Under the pieces are notes generated by a model that saw only the letters and a program-made list of their open reading frames with translations, made no database searches and was not told the origin of the DNA. DNA of 64,000 nt from a bacterium (GTDB lineage: Bacteria > Electryoneota > Electryoneia > Electryoneales > Electryoneaceae): the NCBI GenBank assembly GCA_963675295.2, contig CAXXKJ010000002.1, positions 4,288,001-4,352,000 on the forward strand, given 5' to 3'. Of the stretch, positions 61,611 through 64,000 are shown one piece after another. Position 1 is the first letter of the stretch. Every line of letters begins with the position of its first letter. The translations under genes were made by a program, and so were the position numbers.

Positions 61611-61873
61611 TGTGGATGGGTTAAGTCATCATGTGCCCCAGACATTCATGTCTGGGATAATCCGCGCCATGTGCCCCTGATGGCTCCGCCAGCAGGGATC
61701 ACAGTTCGACAAATCGGTTGGTAAAATCCGCACGTGGTCGGTGTGCTATGGTTGGTGTGAGTTTGGTTGTCTGATTTAGCTCACAGCTCACCGCTGCTTT
61801 CCGCAACCTGTAGCCCGCCTACCGCCGACCGCAGTCCGCAGCCCTGTGTTCCTCATACCTCACACCTTCCCCA

Positions 61874-62482
61874 TCACGTCCCAAAATACCGGTCGCCGTA
61901 GTCACCCAGTCCGGGCACGATGTACTTCTTGTCGTTGAGCATCGGATCGATCGCGGCGATGGTGATGTGATCTTCGGGGATGTGTTCGGCGAGCCGGTTG
62001 AACCCCTGCTGTGCGGCGACGACCCCGGCGAAATAGATCTGCTCGGCGTCGTAGCCTTCGTCCTTAAGGATGTTCACCGCCATCACGGCCGACCCGGCGG
62101 TCGCGAGCATCGGATCGAGGATGATGACGTGCTTCGGTAACGGGTGCGGCAGCTTCTTGTAATACAACTTCGGCTGCGCGGTTTCTTCGTTGCGCTGGAT
62201 CAGCACCGACCCCACGGCCGCATTCGGCACCACCCCGAGGAACGCCTGCACCAGGGACTGCCCGGCACGGTAGATCGGCAGCACCATCAGGTCGGTGTCG
62301 AGTCGTTCCCCGGTGGCTTTCCCGACCGGCGTTTCGATCTCGATCTCACGGTGCGGCAGCTTGCCGGTCGCCTCGATGCACAGCAGCCGTGCGAGGTTGT
62401 CCGACGCCCAGCGGAACCGGACCGCGTCCGTGTTCTTGTCACGCAGATAGCTGAGAAACCGTTCGGTGGAATGGGAATTCAT
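61874..62482 (-). CDS. upp: Uracil phosphoribosyltransferase
   Basis: LDPMLATAGS, YIVPGLGDYGDRYFGT. Confidence 0.95.
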   Translation of the reverse strand: MNSHSTERFLSYLRDKNTDAVRFRWASDNLARLLCIEATGKLPHREIEIETPVGKATGERLDTDLMVLPIYRAGQSLVQAFLGVVPNAAVGSVLIQRNEETAQPKLYYKKLPHPLPKHVIILDPMLATAGSAVMAVNILKDEGYDAEQIYFAGVVAAQQGFNRLAEHIPEDHITIAAIDPMLNDKKYIVPGLGDYGDRYFGT

Positions 62483-62585
62483 GGGGCTGTCCGGGTTGTG
62501 GATCGTGTTGTCCGACGCTGCACAACATACAACAGGGGCACTTTCTCCGAAAGTGCCCCTGAAAAGGTGAATTACACAACAGCGA

Positions 62586-63590
62586 TCAATCAAAATCCAC
62601 GAACGTCAGCCAGTTGGCCGGGTCGGGTTTACGTCCGTCGATGACGTCGAAGTAGGCTTCCTGCATCATCTTCGCGACCGGTCCGCGTTTGCCTTCGCCG
62701 ACCTTGATCTGGTCGATGCTGCGGATCGGGGTGACTTCGGACGCGGTCCCGGTGAAGAAGACTTCGTCCGCGATGTACAGCATTTCGCGCGGGATGATCT
62801 GTTCGACGATTTCGAGGCCCATTTCTTCGGCCAGTGTCAGGATCGTGTGACGGGTGATGCCCGGCAGCACGCTCGAGCCCAGCGGCGTGGTGATCAGCTG
62901 GTCCTTGCCGCCCTTGCCCTTGCCGTGGAAGACGACGAACAGGTTTTCGCCGGAGCCTTCCGACACGAAGCCGTTGGTGCTCATCGCGATGCCTTCGACG
63001 TAGCCGTTCTCGAGCGCGTCCATCTTGATCAGCTGGCTGTTCATGTAGTTCGCGCCGGTTTTGGCCAACGCCGGCAGGGTGTTCGGCGCGAAACGGTTCC
63101 AATTCGAGACGCATACGTCCACGCCCTGTTCCAACGCTTCCGGGCCGAGATACTTGCCCCAGCGCCAGGTCATGATGGTCAGGTCGACCGGGCACGGCCG
63201 TGGGTCAACCCCGAGGCTGGCGTAACCGCGGTAGAGCACCGGCCGGATGTACGCGTCCCGGTCGCCGTTCGCCTGGAGCGTGTCGATGCAGGCCTGAATC
63301 ATCTCATCGACCGAATATGTCAGGCGGCGGTCTTTGATCTTACGTTCCCGCAGCGGGGCTTCGTCGGGGGTCATCCGGTAGATTTTCGCCGAATTGTACA
63401 GCCGTTCGATGTGGTCCTTCAGCCGGAACACCACGCTCTTGCCGTCGGTCGATTCACGATGGTACATGCGAATGCCTTCGAACACGCTGGTTCCGTAGTG
63501 AATGACGTGCGCGCCGACATGGAGGGTAGCATCGTTCCAGTCCACCAGCTCGCCGTTCATCCAGATCTTGCCGCTTCCGTCGAAACCCAT
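62586..63590 (-). CDS. ilvE: Branched-chain amino acid aminotransferase
   Basis: HYGTSVFEGIR, AKTGANY, SEGSGENLF, LPGITR, FFTGTASEVTPI. Confidence 0.95.
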   Translation of the reverse strand: MGFDGSGKIWMNGELVDWNDATLHVGAHVIHYGTSVFEGIRMYHRESTDGKSVVFRLKDHIERLYNSAKIYRMTPDEAPLRERKIKDRRLTYSVDEMIQACIDTLQANGDRDAYIRPVLYRGYASLGVDPRPCPVDLTIMTWRWGKYLGPEALEQGVDVCVSNWNRFAPNTLPALAKTGANYMNSQLIKMDALENGYVEGIAMSTNGFVSEGSGENLFVVFHGKGKGGKDQLITTPLGSSVLPGITRHTILTLAEEMGLEIVEQIIPREMLYIADEVFFTGTASEVTPIRSIDQIKVGEGKRGPVAKMMQEAYFDVIDGRKPDPANWLTFVDFD

Positions 63591-63767
63591 GATCCGCCCC
63601 TTTCTTCTCAGTTTGGATGGTGTTGTGAGGATGTTGTCACAAAGATGAAAGGAGAAACCGCCCGGGGCAAGCGAGGCTCGGGCGGGGCTGTTGTGAGAAG
63701 CGTATATTGATTTCCGTAGAGTGATCAAAACCGGGCAGCTCAGATCCTTCTATGGGGGAAGAGAACC

Positions 63768-64000
63768 ATGCGACAGCTCGCCATAATTATTGTCACCATC
63801 TTTATTGCTACTGCTTCATCCGCGCAAGAGTGGACCAAACTCACCATTGATAGCAACTTCGCTGACGCTTGGGCCGTGTACGCAACGGATGTGGACTGTG
63901 ACGGCGACACCGACGTCCTCGGGGCAGCGCATGAAGGTGATGAAATCAAGTGGTGGGAGAACACAGATGGTTCCGGCTCGGCTTGGATCGAACACACCGT
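63768..64000 (+). CDS. Secreted FG-GAP/VCBS repeat protein (3'-truncated by window)
   Basis: Manual translation MRQLAIIIVTIFIATASSAQEW...DVDCDGDTDVLG...WWEN. Confidence 0.8.
   Translation, partial: MRQLAIIIVTIFIATASSAQEWTKLTIDSNFADAWAVYATDVDCDGDTDVLGAAHEGDEIKWWENTDGSGSAWIEHT

Noticed and set aside
1-64000. Genome-wide stop-codon reassignment (TGA or TAG)
   Set aside because: Conserved genes end normally at TAG (purM, aprA) and TGA (crcB, upp), so any read-through must be site-specific

Overview
GC-rich bacterial chromosomal window, most likely from a diderm FCB-superphylum lineage. This is an inference from about 10 secreted proteins that end in a 'YPNPFN...L.SG.Y...K' T9SS/FlgD-type C-terminal domain (CTD), plus a TonB-dependent receptor. 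Housekeeping genes (dnaG, purM, rpmG, nusB, upp, ilvE, crcB, osmC) are interspersed with a dissimilatory sulfur-metabolism locus (qmoA-qmoB, sat, aprB-aprA; no qmoC here; Rex-like boxes) and many secreted or lipoprotein genes. Main signals: (1) a secreted beta-helix/CTD gene read through an in-frame TGA in a U-x-x-C motif, followed by a SECIS-like hairpin (candidate exported selenoprotein); (2) a 16-bp palindrome GTTAGG-N4-CCTAAC in about 11 intergenic copies, upstream of that gene, a tandem array of five paralogous CTD proteins, another CTD protein, an RsbU-like phosphatase and sat (candidate undescribed regulon, DtxR/MntR-like box); (3) an in-frame TAG and a gene-conversion tract inside the array; (4) several REP-like palindrome families, a 96-bp tandem array and 7-mer microsatellites. 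No tRNA, rRNA, CRISPR or transposase was seen. All function calls come from motif recognition, not database searches.
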